This document shows, in pieces, positions 20,012-29,725 of a stretch of 64,000 bases of DNA. A model generated the notes under the pieces. That model was not told the origin of the DNA, searched no databases, and worked only from the letters and a program-made list of their open reading frames with translations. The first letter of the stretch is position 1. Every line of letters begins with the position of its first letter. The stretch comes from a virus (lineage: Duplodnaviria > Caudoviricetes): the IMG/VR virus record IMGVR_UViG_3300025372_000010, positions 48,863-112,862 of that record; one strand, written 5' to 3'. Made by a program: the position numbers and the translations under genes.

Positions 20012-20863
20012 TTAAAATATATAACGGATATTAATAGGATCAAAGTACTCTGCGTATAAAGCAGTGAACTCTTCGATCATTTGTTTTTTAAGCTGCCACT
20101 TGTATCTAATGTTATCTGGAGCATACTGAGAATCTTTTGACTCTTGTATATCAGGTTTCCATAAAAGATCTCTGACAATATCTGAGTTACGCTCATGCTG
20201 ATGTATGTTATGTGTTAGGAATATACACTCACACTTAACATCCACACCTGCAGCTTTAAGCTGTTCAAATAACTTGCGGTATTCTTCTAACCAGCCCTTT
20301 TCATAAATGATAGGACTGAAGTTAATATGTACTTCCATTACTTGTTGTAGCTTAGGTATCTCATTAATACGATCAATGATTTTATCTGTACCTGGCTCTA
20401 GTACATCTGAGTAAATCTGTGGCATAAGACTCACTCTGATTCTATGTTTCTCTTTAATGAGTTGATAGTTATTAGGTAGGAACTTAGTAGGATATTTAGT
20501 AGCAAATGTAGTCTTTAGAAAAGGATCGATATTAAATGTATCGAATACTCTTTGCCAGTTATAATGCTTACTCATTAAAGGTATATCTGTACTACAGCCA
20601 ATATCTATTGTGTAATAAACTGGATCTATCTGATTAGGTGTTTTTGGCCAATGCTGTTGACCTAACCAGGTTAGAATAGATCTAGTAATTTGATCAGTAT
20701 TTGTATTTACATATACCTTATCATGATTGTATCTACCTACATAACAATATGATTTCATACATCCCCCTAGACATCCGTAGACGTAGTTTGGACTAATAGC
20801 ATCAGAGCTTCGTCCGTTGTCTCGTGTCTTTAGTGTTTTCGTAGACTGTTCTATTATTTGCAT
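20012..20863 (-). CDS. Spore photoproduct lyase-like radical SAM protein
   Basis: GCLGGCMKSYCYV cluster motif, DIGCSTD, FATKY and RIRVSLMPQ...LEPGT...RI resemble the SplB family. Confidence 0.75.
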   Translation of the reverse strand: MQIIEQSTKTLKTRDNGRSSDAISPNYVYGCLGGCMKSYCYVGRYNHDKVYVNTNTDQITRSILTWLGQQHWPKTPNQIDPVYYTIDIGCSTDIPLMSKHYNWQRVFDTFNIDPFLKTTFATKYPTKFLPNNYQLIKEKHRIRVSLMPQIYSDVLEPGTDKIIDRINEIPKLQQVMEVHINFSPIIYEKGWLEEYRKLFEQLKAAGVDVKCECIFLTHNIHQHERNSDIVRDLLWKPDIQESKDSQYAPDNIRYKWQLKKQMIEEFTALYAEYFDPINIRYIF

Positions 20864-20952
20864 ACACAGCTTTATTATCTTTTATAATAACCTTTGCGTA
20901 AGGTACTTTAAATCTTCTTCTCTTCTTTACAGAGATATCAGTAACTGGTTGG

Positions 20953-21258
20953 TTATTCATCATCTTCTGTTGGATAAGGATGTTTACATAATCTATTTTG
21001 AACTAAATCAGCTAAGGTAGTTTTACCTTCTAATATCATTTTAGCATGATTCTCACAAGGAACAAACCCTTCATGATCAAGAACCTTAGCTTGGTTTATT
21101 GATAAACTAAATTTTCGTTTACCATCTACTACTTCTCCACAAAAAGCTTCTATACAACATTCTGGATAACCAAAATATCTACCAGTTATTTTCCAGTGTT
21201 CAACATCTTCTGAAAGTGTCTCTTCAAAAAACTCAGTTGGTTCACATGTTTCACACAT
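20953..21258 (-). CDS. Hypothetical Cys-rich protein
   Basis: GRYFGYPECCIEAF and FVPCxxH motifs. Confidence 0.65.
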   Translation of the reverse strand: MCETCEPTEFFEETLSEDVEHWKITGRYFGYPECCIEAFCGEVVDGKRKFSLSINQAKVLDHEGFVPCENHAKMILEGKTTLADLVQNRLCKHPYPTEDDE

Positions 21259-21974
21259 TATAATATGTTTTCTTTTACTAAAATATTTTTTACTGTAGCA
21301 GTAAGAGCTTCAAGATCAGATACGTTAGCTATTTTATAATCAAAGTTCCAGTTGTCAAGTCCGACTTCTGAAGGATGATTGTTAATAGGTTTAACTCCTG
21401 GTCTATCTACACGGATTATTATACCTTCTGCTTTCTTAATAGCTTCTGCTTCATTAGGAAAGCGGGTGTCTGTTATAATCCAGTTAGGATATTTACCAAT
21501 AGCAGTACCTCCAAATCTTACAGGTTCAATACCTGTAGCTTTGTAGTCTGCCATAAGAGCATTAACCCATGTATTAGGATGTAAACCATCTCTAAGACCA
21601 TCGGTACCTAACTTTTGTAAGAACTCTCTAACAGACATAGGAATCTCTTCATGTATTATATAAGATTCTTTAGGTGTAAACTTAGTAGTATCTCTAGCTT
21701 TATTCCATTCAGGACCAAGATTAGTCTTTTTAAACTGTTGATCCTCAAACATATTTTTATCTATGCCTGTAAGAAGACTAGCAATAACTTTAAGCTTGCC
21801 TGCCCACTTTTTGATCTGCCACTCAGATTCATCTACTAACCACCACTCATTGTGTACATAGTTATTAAGTACTTCTTCTAAAGTGATTGCAGTAGGTCTG
21901 CATTGTAAATATTGTATAATAGTTCCTACGGCATCTTTTCCGGAACCACTATAGCCCGATAGTCCAATAATCAT
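21258..21974 (-). CDS. Deoxynucleoside monophosphate kinase (T4 gp1-like)
   Basis: GYSGSGKD P-loop, REFLQKLGTD, ITDTRFPNE, HPSE. Confidence 0.88.
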   Translation of the reverse strand: MIIGLSGYSGSGKDAVGTIIQYLQCRPTAITLEEVLNNYVHNEWWLVDESEWQIKKWAGKLKVIASLLTGIDKNMFEDQQFKKTNLGPEWNKARDTTKFTPKESYIIHEEIPMSVREFLQKLGTDGLRDGLHPNTWVNALMADYKATGIEPVRFGGTAIGKYPNWIITDTRFPNEAEAIKKAEGIIIRVDRPGVKPINNHPSEVGLDNWNFDYKIANVSDLEALTATVKNILVKENIL

Positions 21975-22300
21975 ATAGCTTCATTTGGGTTTATACCATG
22001 TTTCAGGCAGTGAACAACTTTATCATGTCCTGCTTTAGCTTCCTCCCATGTACAGTATCTCCACATTTCTTCATCATACTGTCCACCAAAGATCATAGTT
22101 TCAAATAATACAGGTCTTTTATCTTCAAACATCATATTATGATCCATGTGTAAAAATACTGTAGATACTCTTTGACCATCTATAGTCTCATCACCTACAT
22201 GTTTTAAAGGACTACGTAAATCTCCATTTAAAGGATATTCTCCTTCTGGATAAGGCTCAGTAGTATGATCTTCATTTAGCTTATACCATTTCATCATCAT
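21971..22300 (-). CDS. Conserved phage hypothetical protein
   Basis: VSTVFL...LFETMIFGG...RY.TWEEA..GH; likely start MMMKW. Confidence 0.65.
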   Translation of the reverse strand: MMMKWYKLNEDHTTEPYPEGEYPLNGDLRSPLKHVGDETIDGQRVSTVFLHMDHNMMFEDKRPVLFETMIFGGQYDEEMWRYCTWEEAKAGHDKVVHCLKHGINPNEAI

Positions 22301-22643
22301 TAGTTTTAGGTGGTTCAGGAAAAGGTAAAGAGTCAGCTTTCCACTTGGCAGCCTGCTCTTCATTAAAGAACACTTCATCAGTTTCTTTAAATCTTTCTTT
22401 TTGTAACTCGTTTATTTTATGTTTTGTAAGGACTTCCTCCCTTTTGGTTAAATGATAGCCAAAACAGTGATGACAAAAATAATATCTACACTGCTCGACT
22501 TTTTGTACTCTTCTATTAACTCTTTTACCAAGGATATAATCATAATGTCTACCCATGGTTTTGAGACCTATAAGAGCATTTTTTGCTTCTCCTGCTTTAG
22601 GATAACGAGTCTTCCCCGTTGCTTGACATTTGCTCTTTGCCAT
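22281..22643 (-). CDS. Zinc-finger hypothetical protein
   Basis: C..TGK.RY...RYYFCHHCFGYHLT. Confidence 0.65.
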   Translation of the reverse strand: MAKSKCQATGKTRYPKAGEAKNALIGLKTMGRHYDYILGKRVNRRVQKVEQCRYYFCHHCFGYHLTKREEVLTKHKINELQKERFKETDEVFFNEEQAAKWKADSLPFPEPPKTNDDEMV

Positions 22644-22974
22644 ACTTATTGTCTACATAGTTTTGTACTAAGTCAATGACATTTTCCATATCATCTCCCT
22701 GCAGCTGAGACAGTTGTTCTGTTAAAAGCATTACATATACCATATCTGATTTATCTAGCTCTTTCTTTACTTCCATTACTGCTTGTGAGTTAGGTAGTAA
22801 ATCATAAAGACTAGTCATAGCACTTTGGATTCTTTTCATTGACTGATCCAAAGCATACTTTTGCTTCTGACTGGTTAACGCTTTAGCATATTGTATTCTT
22901 ATCTCTATGCATTTCATATGCTGTAATACACAAGTAAATAACTGTTTAACTGATTGTTTACTTAATTCTTCCAT
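22597..22974 (-). CDS. Hypothetical protein
   Basis: 125-aa ORF in the operon. Confidence 0.6.
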   Translation of the reverse strand: MEELSKQSVKQLFTCVLQHMKCIEIRIQYAKALTSQKQKYALDQSMKRIQSAMTSLYDLLPNSQAVMEVKKELDKSDMVYVMLLTEQLSQLQGDDMENVIDLVQNYVDNKYGKEQMSSNGEDSLS

Positions 22975-22994
22975 TATACACTGACTTATTTAAG

Positions 22995-23022
22995 TTCGGG
23001 GAAAAGATGAGTTTTCCCCGAA
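22995..23022. terminator. Intergenic hairpin (terminator or processing site)
   Basis: TTCGGGGAAAA-N6-TTTTCCCCGAA, perfect 11-bp stem; no long U tract. Confidence 0.5.
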
Positions 23023-23028
23023 ACTAGA

Positions 23029-23838
23029 TTACATAAAACTTACTCCAAAATCTACAGTCTCTTCAACTGTATCTTCTATGACCATAGGTAATTCCTGTTG
23101 TACAAATGTTGGAGTCTTTATAAGAGTTCCAAACTCATCTACAAAGAAACCATGCACTATTTGATGATCTGATAAGTAAGTGAGAGGATGTGACTCTTTT
23201 AAAGCAGTCGTAACATGATTGTACAAGTCCCATGCTGAGTCAGGATTTCCGCTATAATAGTAAGTTGGCTTATCTAATTCACGCTTAACTATTCCTACCT
23301 GCGTAAGCGTTAACACGCCTAGATCTGCATACAACTCTCCAATAATAGCACCTTGTTGTTTTCTAGTTAAATAGACATTCTTAAGCATCTCTTTATCTTC
23401 TACTAAGTTATCATAATATAGCTTAGCATTAGATATTTGATGCTGTATAGTTGTAGTCGCATCGCTTAAAGCTGTACCAGTATGTTTACGCTTGTAGTTT
23501 CCTATGTCTCCAGATACTACACCGTTCATACATATAAATACTTGTGCTCCAATAGCACACTTAAATCTCATCATCTTGTTATAAGAGTTAGACCAAGCAA
23601 ACATCAATCCCATATCAGAATCGTTTCCATAGTCTAAATGATATATACCTTGTGCAACTTGTGCATCTAGAGTTGTTTTATATAACTCTTTCTTGATTGT
23701 GAAACCCGCTGCAGATAATTCTTTACGTGTTTCATCTATAATGTGACCGTGTGGTATCACGGCATATCTCTTCCCATGATTAGGAAGAGCAGCAAATCTA
23801 AGTAAGTCACTAGTGACAAACTCTGTTTTAATTGGCAT
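23029..23838 (-). CDS. DUF932-family protein
   Basis: NSYN......GAQVFICMNG...KRKHTG and SAWDLYN.VT..LK pattern. Confidence 0.7.
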   Translation of the reverse strand: MPIKTEFVTSDLLRFAALPNHGKRYAVIPHGHIIDETRKELSAAGFTIKKELYKTTLDAQVAQGIYHLDYGNDSDMGLMFAWSNSYNKMMRFKCAIGAQVFICMNGVVSGDIGNYKRKHTGTALSDATTTIQHQISNAKLYYDNLVEDKEMLKNVYLTRKQQGAIIGELYADLGVLTLTQVGIVKRELDKPTYYYSGNPDSAWDLYNHVTTALKESHPLTYLSDHQIVHGFFVDEFGTLIKTPTFVQQELPMVIEDTVEETVDFGVSFM

Positions 23839-23848
23839 AACCCTAAGT

Positions 23849-25807
23849 TTAAAAAAGTGATAGTTGGCTAAACGATTTAGGTTTAACCTTGTTAATTTGT
23901 TCTATCTGTTTATAGATCTCTTGTAGATAATACTTCTTGTCAATATCATAACTGTTTAGAGGTTTAGTAGGATCAATATGATTGATTGTTGTTTGCAACC
24001 ATTCACCTGACTCTACTTGTATCTCTCTACCATCAGGATTACACTTGACAAGCTTACTACCTTGATTAGAGATAAAATATCTTACAATCTTCTGTAGTTT
24101 AGTACTTACTAGTTGACCATTCTCAATGCGTCTTTCTTCAAAGTGCCAAACACCTTTAGCTTTAACGCCCGCACAATAGTCAAATACGTTTTGATTACTC
24201 TCCAGATAATCCTCTGGTAAGATATCATGTAATAAATAAGCAGAGATTGCTTTAGGAATAATTAGAAAGGACTTGTTTTTATGGAAGACAGCTACTTTCT
24301 TCTTATCTAGATCTTCCCATTCAAAGGCACCCTTAGACTTTACTTTATCTTTAGTAGTGATAGCCATGTAATTATTTACATCACGGATGATCATCTTTTT
24401 ATATTGATCGTGCTCTAGATTAAGCTGAGTTAATAAAGACCACTGATCACATACTTTCATATAATCATCTATACGATGTGTAGGTATCATCATCTCGAGA
24501 CCATCAGTATTCTGCATAAGAGGCTTTGCTTCTGGTATAGCTAGTGTTAACATCTCATATAGTTGAGACAGTAATAGCTGACCGTTAATAGTGATCTGCA
24601 TAGTCATTTTAGGATCATACAGGAAGCTATTCTCATCGCCTGTTAAGCCGTAAGTTGAGTTAAGAATAATCTTATAAACATAGTTTCTAGGATCAGTCTT
24701 TGGTATCTTCTTTCTTTCTTCAAAGAACCACTCATACAGTTCTCCAAACTCTTGTTGTGGAAGATGTTCAGGATGAAACTTATTCTTAATAGCTAGATTA
24801 GGATAGAATGATGTTACATCAGAAGTCATGATTATCCAACCTGCATCAGCTGTATAAACACCAGATGTTGTGGCACCATGAATACCGCCTAGACCATAAT
24901 CAGTTTTAACACCTTTATAGTCTAGAGTGTATTTAAACCCATCTTTAGTGGATGTAATAACTTTAGTTCTAAAATAGTCGAGGATCTTTTGGAATTCAGG
25001 AGTCTGAAACTTTACATAAGGGAGTATACAGTCTGCTAAAACTATATAGTCACGCTTTGTTCTAAGTTGTTTAATATCAGACTTTTCCCATCCAAGCTTT
25101 TTTGATAAGAAGTGTAGGAATAACTCTTTAGATATTCTTGGCTCTGATGCAGAATAGAGATCAATCCCATATTCTTTTGTCAGAGTTTGTCTAAGCTGTA
25201 TTTGTTCTTTAGAATGGTCTAATATCTTTCTAGTAGATAATACATCATTGAAACAATACTCGATGATATCTTGCAATGTGGCATCATCAGGAACAGGTTC
25301 GTTATGTTTATGAGGCATCTCTTCAACATTCTCCCAGTCCATAGAATACTGTATCCATTTCAAGCTACTCATCTTAGCTTTATTATCCCAATGGTTCATC
25401 TTAAAAAGATCGATCTGTCTAATCTTAAGCTTAGCAGGTGAATAGTCTGCAAACTTACCAGCATCAGCTGTACTGATTACTTTTTGTGCATACGCATAGA
25501 TATGTTCTATAAGCTTATCGGTGGGTAGCTTTAGTAACATCTTTTGCTTATCTAGCATCCATTGAGTTATCTGAGCATCAAAAGCTAATCCATTATAGGA
25601 TATGTGCCATTGATTTAGATCTCTACAGTCATTAAGAAACTTAATTAGTGTAGGAAAATCATTCTGACTTCCATGAATAACAAAGACCTTGCTAATACTA
25701 TCGTCCTTATAGTGTTGAAACACTGCGACAAAAGTATCCATCAAGGTCTCATAGTCCATTACCCAGTGGGTGGCTATTTTCGGAGTTGTGGTAGATTCAC
25801 TACTCAT
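23849..25807 (-). CDS. polB: Family B DNA polymerase with 3'-5' exonuclease
   Basis: Exo I DYET, Exo II YNGLAFD, Exo III YCFND; polymerase motifs SDVTSFYPN, KIILNSTYG, NTDG. Confidence 0.93.
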   Translation of the reverse strand: MSSESTTTPKIATHWVMDYETLMDTFVAVFQHYKDDSISKVFVIHGSQNDFPTLIKFLNDCRDLNQWHISYNGLAFDAQITQWMLDKQKMLLKLPTDKLIEHIYAYAQKVISTADAGKFADYSPAKLKIRQIDLFKMNHWDNKAKMSSLKWIQYSMDWENVEEMPHKHNEPVPDDATLQDIIEYCFNDVLSTRKILDHSKEQIQLRQTLTKEYGIDLYSASEPRISKELFLHFLSKKLGWEKSDIKQLRTKRDYIVLADCILPYVKFQTPEFQKILDYFRTKVITSTKDGFKYTLDYKGVKTDYGLGGIHGATTSGVYTADAGWIIMTSDVTSFYPNLAIKNKFHPEHLPQQEFGELYEWFFEERKKIPKTDPRNYVYKIILNSTYGLTGDENSFLYDPKMTMQITINGQLLLSQLYEMLTLAIPEAKPLMQNTDGLEMMIPTHRIDDYMKVCDQWSLLTQLNLEHDQYKKMIIRDVNNYMAITTKDKVKSKGAFEWEDLDKKKVAVFHKNKSFLIIPKAISAYLLHDILPEDYLESNQNVFDYCAGVKAKGVWHFEERRIENGQLVSTKLQKIVRYFISNQGSKLVKCNPDGREIQVESGEWLQTTINHIDPTKPLNSYDIDKKYYLQEIYKQIEQINKVKPKSFSQLSLF

Positions 25808-25854
25808 AGGAATGATTGTTCAGTTAAGCTGTTCCCCCTTTAAATCTTAGAGCC

Positions 25855-25879
25855 AAAAAAAGCAGCCTAAACTGCTTTG
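25855..25879 (-). terminator. Intrinsic terminator
   Basis: AAAGCAG-TTTAGG-CTGCTTT followed by a T tract on the minus strand. Confidence 0.6.
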
Positions 25880-25902
25880 TTCGGTCTGGGATAGTTGGTT
25901 AT

Positions 25903-26316
25903 TTATCCAGGAATTATAGTTGGCTGAGTTACTATCAACGGTTCTGCTGGTGGATTTAAGTATTGATTATAATCAAATGTATCAGCGTTAACTGCTACTA
26001 AGTTAATGATATCAATAATCTCATTGTTTCTCTCAACATAATACTCATAGAATGTTTCTAATGTCTTACGCTCTTCAGCATAATCTTTTCCATTAGCACG
26101 TCTACCAATCTTAGATGTAATAGGGTCTCCCTTATCATCAAGTTTAGCTAACATATGTAAAGATTGTTTCTTTTCTTTACCTATTAAAGCTAATACTTTA
26201 CCATCTAAATCATAGATAGCTTCGTTAAAAGTACTATCTGGTGATACTGGTATCATTTTAAAAGTTTTTTTGTTACCCCAGCTGCTGGTAACTAGCATCA
26301 TTGTTTTACTGCTCAT
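25903..26316 (-). CDS. Hypothetical protein
   Basis: 137-aa ORF preceded by TAACTTTG (26335-26342). Confidence 0.7.
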   Translation of the reverse strand: MSSKTMMLVTSSWGNKKTFKMIPVSPDSTFNEAIYDLDGKVLALIGKEKKQSLHMLAKLDDKGDPITSKIGRRANGKDYAEERKTLETFYEYYVERNNEIIDIINLVAVNADTFDYNQYLNPPAEPLIVTQPTIIPG

Positions 26317-26339
26317 TGTGTTGGTTTAAGAGTACAAAG

Positions 26340-26900
26340 TTATACAGTTTTAGCTGACATCTCCAAATCTTTTACATGTATTTTTAAAGTTTCTTTGGAA
26401 GAGTCATATGGGTCGCATAGTTCACCTACTTGTTCTAGTAGACTAACAGGTACATTAAGAAGCTTAGCATATACCCCGAAATACTTTTCAGGGTATAAGT
26501 AAGTCTCAATGTATTTATATTCAGCGGGATTGTTACTGTAGTAGTACTTTATAGCTTTTTTAAAGATAACAGATAGCTTTGAATACTTACCCATCAGAAA
26601 GTTGAACCAGTCATCTTGGTAAACCTCAAAGTTAAAGATGTACACTTTTTGGTCGTGTATATATCTACATTCTTTAAAGAGAGGGTTATCTAGAAGCATC
26701 ATCTTCTCAAAAGCTGCAAACTCTTCTGACTCATTTTGTTCAAATGTACAGATTAGTAAAGCATCTTCTGGGTTAATACTATCTTCTAGAGAGACATAAG
26801 TACCTGTTGGCACAAACTTCCCGCCTTTCTTTGTTCCTATAAGAGGATATAAGAATGATCTAGATTTCTGAAAGTACTTACCGTATAAACTCTCTATCAT
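26340..26900 (-). CDS. Hypothetical protein (replication module)
   Basis: 186-aa aromatic-rich ORF next to the exonuclease. Confidence 0.7.
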   Translation of the reverse strand: MIESLYGKYFQKSRSFLYPLIGTKKGGKFVPTGTYVSLEDSINPEDALLICTFEQNESEEFAAFEKMMLLDNPLFKECRYIHDQKVYIFNFEVYQDDWFNFLMGKYSKLSVIFKKAIKYYYSNNPAEYKYIETYLYPEKYFGVYAKLLNVPVSLLEQVGELCDPYDSSKETLKIHVKDLEMSAKTV

Positions 26901-26912
26901 AGTTTTATCTTT

Positions 26913-27971
26913 TTACAAAGATACTTTACCTAAAGCAAACTCTTGAGGTAAATCGTAACTTTTATTTACATAATGCCACTCAGCTGTTTCTAAAGTCTTA
27001 GTAAGTTTACTAAACCAAGAGTTTAAAGTTTCTTGAGTTACTGGAAAAGCGTAAACCTGGAAGGTTTTGTTAATCACAATAAAGTTAAACTCTAAACTAT
27101 ATCCTTGTTCAATATATATACTATATTTAACTCCTACTAGTGTACAGTAAATAACAGCTTGAAGCCAGTAAGAATAATACTCAACTGTCTCTGGGAAGTC
27201 TTTTAACTCTTTACTAGTAGTTTTAATATCATTGATACGAATTACTTTCTTATCATGATCTAATACTAAGTTATCAATAATTCCCTTAAGACCAAAAGAT
27301 TTTCCTGTTACTTGACAGTCTAAAGCTATCTCGTTATAGACATCTATGTTCTGAAAGTCACTAGTGTTACAAGCTATTAGGTCACAGATATTCTTATTAG
27401 TCTTCATTAAGTCTACAGCATTCTTACAGAAGTCGAAGTCTTCTTGATTGACTAATATCTTACCGTTTTTCTTCTTTAAGAATTCCCAGTAGTGTAATAT
27501 ATCAGGAGTGATGACCTTTTCAATACGCTGAGCATCTGTCTTTAGATTCTGAAAGTAGTTCATATCTTTCATTACATCTAATATAGCAGACTCAAACTCT
27601 ACTAATTCAGTTCTATTATCTCCATTACGAGAAAGCTCTTCATAGTGTCTAAACACTCTATCCGCTACAATACGAGGATTACCTGTAGGTACGTTTGAAG
27701 GAGTGATCATAAACTGATCGTTAATATTCTCTTCTTCTAATAATAAACAGTGGATTAACTTACCCTGTACTAGATGTGAGTCTAGTCTTTCTTCCTTGTT
27801 ACCAAGGATGTACAATTGATAGAACACAGCTGGGTTCCATAATAACTTGCTTAAACTGCTATAGCTAAACTGAAACGGCTTAGCATAAAACTCATCTTGC
27901 TTAAGCATTATGGTTTCTTGCATCATATCATCTATCATAGCGTTAAAGTCCAACTCTTCGGTTAGTTCCAT
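26913..27971 (-). CDS. PD-(D/E)XK (RecB/Exo VIII-like) exonuclease
   Basis: SYSSLS, GKLIHC, E...KGIID...INDIKTT...YWLQAVIY motifs. Confidence 0.85.
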   Translation of the reverse strand: MELTEELDFNAMIDDMMQETIMLKQDEFYAKPFQFSYSSLSKLLWNPAVFYQLYILGNKEERLDSHLVQGKLIHCLLLEEENINDQFMITPSNVPTGNPRIVADRVFRHYEELSRNGDNRTELVEFESAILDVMKDMNYFQNLKTDAQRIEKVITPDILHYWEFLKKKNGKILVNQEDFDFCKNAVDLMKTNKNICDLIACNTSDFQNIDVYNEIALDCQVTGKSFGLKGIIDNLVLDHDKKVIRINDIKTTSKELKDFPETVEYYSYWLQAVIYCTLVGVKYSIYIEQGYSLEFNFIVINKTFQVYAFPVTQETLNSWFSKLTKTLETAEWHYVNKSYDLPQEFALGKVSL

Positions 27972-28282
27972 CCTTCTTCTGTTTTTTGGTTTAATAATTT
28001 TTGTGCAACCTCGCATAGCTGCATACCACTGATTTGATCACAGTCTATACTATGACTATAACTAAACTCATAATACTTGTCGTAAAAACAAGCAGCTATA
28101 CTTCTCCAAGTTAGATCTTCTTCACAACGCCATCTTCTGATATCATTTATCATATCTATAGTGAGGTCATTTGTTAAGCTTTCTATTTCTTGGTTCCATC
28201 TTTTTTGAAACAGCTCTCTTCCTTTTTGTAATTCAGGATCATTAAGCCAGTTTTCTAATAAGCCTTCACTAGTCTGGGACAT
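27962..28282 (-). CDS. Hypothetical protein
   Basis: 106-aa ORF in the operon. Confidence 0.6.
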   Translation of the reverse strand: MSQTSEGLLENWLNDPELQKGRELFQKRWNQEIESLTNDLTIDMINDIRRWRCEEDLTWRSIAACFYDKYYEFSYSHSIDCDQISGMQLCEVAQKLLNQKTEEGWN

Positions 28283-28679
28283 GTTCTCCTGTTTTTTCTC
28301 TGTTATCTAATTCGGTTTGCATAATCTTTCTCATCCATTCAGGTGCATGTGTTTGCGTATCTAATACAGCTTGTAAATGTTGATCAGACATATCTGCTAC
28401 ACACTTCCATTGTAAAGGTTGTTTACCATCTTTACCACGGTTTCCCCAATGAGCAGTATATCTCATCTTTTCATGATCGTCAGATAGATATATACTAATA
28501 GATCTATCTACTTTAGACATGTCATGGCCGCCATAGCGTTGGTAGTCATTGCCACCATCTACCATAGTTTGATTAGGACACTTACATGTTTTGTAATCAT
28601 GTCGATGATAAGATATTAATACTTCCCCGCATTCTTTGCATAGTACTCTATTAAGTACCATTTGTTCTAATCCATTCAT
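28269..28679 (-). CDS. Zinc-binding phage protein
   Basis: CKECG...S..RHDY..CKC....VDGG.DY.R. Confidence 0.7.
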   Translation of the reverse strand: MNGLEQMVLNRVLCKECGEVLISYHRHDYKTCKCPNQTMVDGGNDYQRYGGHDMSKVDRSISIYLSDDHEKMRYTAHWGNRGKDGKQPLQWKCVADMSDQHLQAVLDTQTHAPEWMRKIMQTELDNREKTGEHVPD

Positions 28680-28682
28680 AAC

Positions 28683-29117
28683 TTACTTTTTTCTAGGTGA
28701 CCATTCACCTCTGTTAATAGATTCCGCACAGGTTTTACATACTATAGTAACCCAACGAGATGTTACTCCAAGGTCTTCTTCTGTTCCGCAGTTTTCACAT
28801 ATGTTACTGCACATATGCTCTGCCATCAATATCATACCTTGTATTTTTTTATCTGCATTACCATCTGTATAGAATCTTAGTCTTCCAAACTTCTCTTTCA
28901 TTTGAAAACAGGTTATCTGCTCTACTTTTTTATCTCCTGAAAAAGTATAACGATTCCAATCATCTATATAAGATTGTATAGAATCACATAATATATCTAT
29001 AATAGGTAACCAAGCTTTAGGTACGCCAGTCCAGTTACATCTACCTGGATTACCTTCATAGTCTACAAATATCTTAGGATACTTGTCTATTAGCTCTTCG
29101 ATTGTGATTTTGGCCAT
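28683..29117 (-). CDS. Conserved phage protein with Zn ribbon
   Basis: QMKEKFGRLRFY...CENCG...CKTC. Confidence 0.7.
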   Translation of the reverse strand: MAKITIEELIDKYPKIFVDYEGNPGRCNWTGVPKAWLPIIDILCDSIQSYIDDWNRYTFSGDKKVEQITCFQMKEKFGRLRFYTDGNADKKIQGMILMAEHMCSNICENCGTEEDLGVTSRWVTIVCKTCAESINRGEWSPRKK

Positions 29118-29332
29118 ACTTCTATCTTTTTAAGTTTTTCACCAATACGTATTTGACTACGTGTATCAACAGTGTAAGCTTCTTCGTATTCTAGAAACTC
29201 CACAAGCTCTTTTAGAGTAGCTTTTAATTTAGTGCTTTCTTTATGTGCTATGTATAACGCATGGGTTAGTTGCCCACTTTCAGCTTTAGCATCTTCTGCC
29301 ATAAGCTGATACTTGTTTAAATCATCGCTCAT
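29090..29332 (-). CDS. Hypothetical protein
   Basis: 80-aa coiled-coil ORF with ATGA overlap. Confidence 0.55.
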   Translation of the reverse strand: MSDDLNKYQLMAEDAKAESGQLTHALYIAHKESTKLKATLKELVEFLEYEEAYTVDTRSQIRIGEKLKKIEVWPKSQSKS

Positions 29333-29724
29333 TTCTTTTCTTTTTGTGTTTTCATATCGTGACAGGTCTCACAGAGCACCTGTAGATTATCTATCTCACA
29401 GAATAGTCTCTCTACAAAGTCTGGTAGATCATTCTTCGACTTTAATGTGCCGGCTGGTATAATATGATCTACATTGATCTTCTTTTCAGGAAACCAGTGT
29501 TTACACTTATTACATAGATATTCATAACGCTGTCTCTTATTAGGTCCCTTATAGGCTCTTCTAGCATTCATTTTACATTGAGTGATAGGTTTCCACCATC
29601 TTGACTTTTGTCTTAATGCACTACGGATAAAGCTCCAGAAAGCTGATTCTGTCATAGTACCAGCATTTCTAACTTTAGTAGTTACTTTACGGGTTGTCTT
29701 AGGCACCTTTTTAACAGGAGACAT
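29329..29724 (-). CDS. HNH endonuclease
   Basis: CNKC...VDHIIP...NLQVLCETCH. Confidence 0.85.
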   Translation of the reverse strand: MSPVKKVPKTTRKVTTKVRNAGTMTESAFWSFIRSALRQKSRWWKPITQCKMNARRAYKGPNKRQRYEYLCNKCKHWFPEKKINVDHIIPAGTLKSKNDLPDFVERLFCEIDNLQVLCETCHDMKTQKEKK

Positions 29725-29725
29725 G

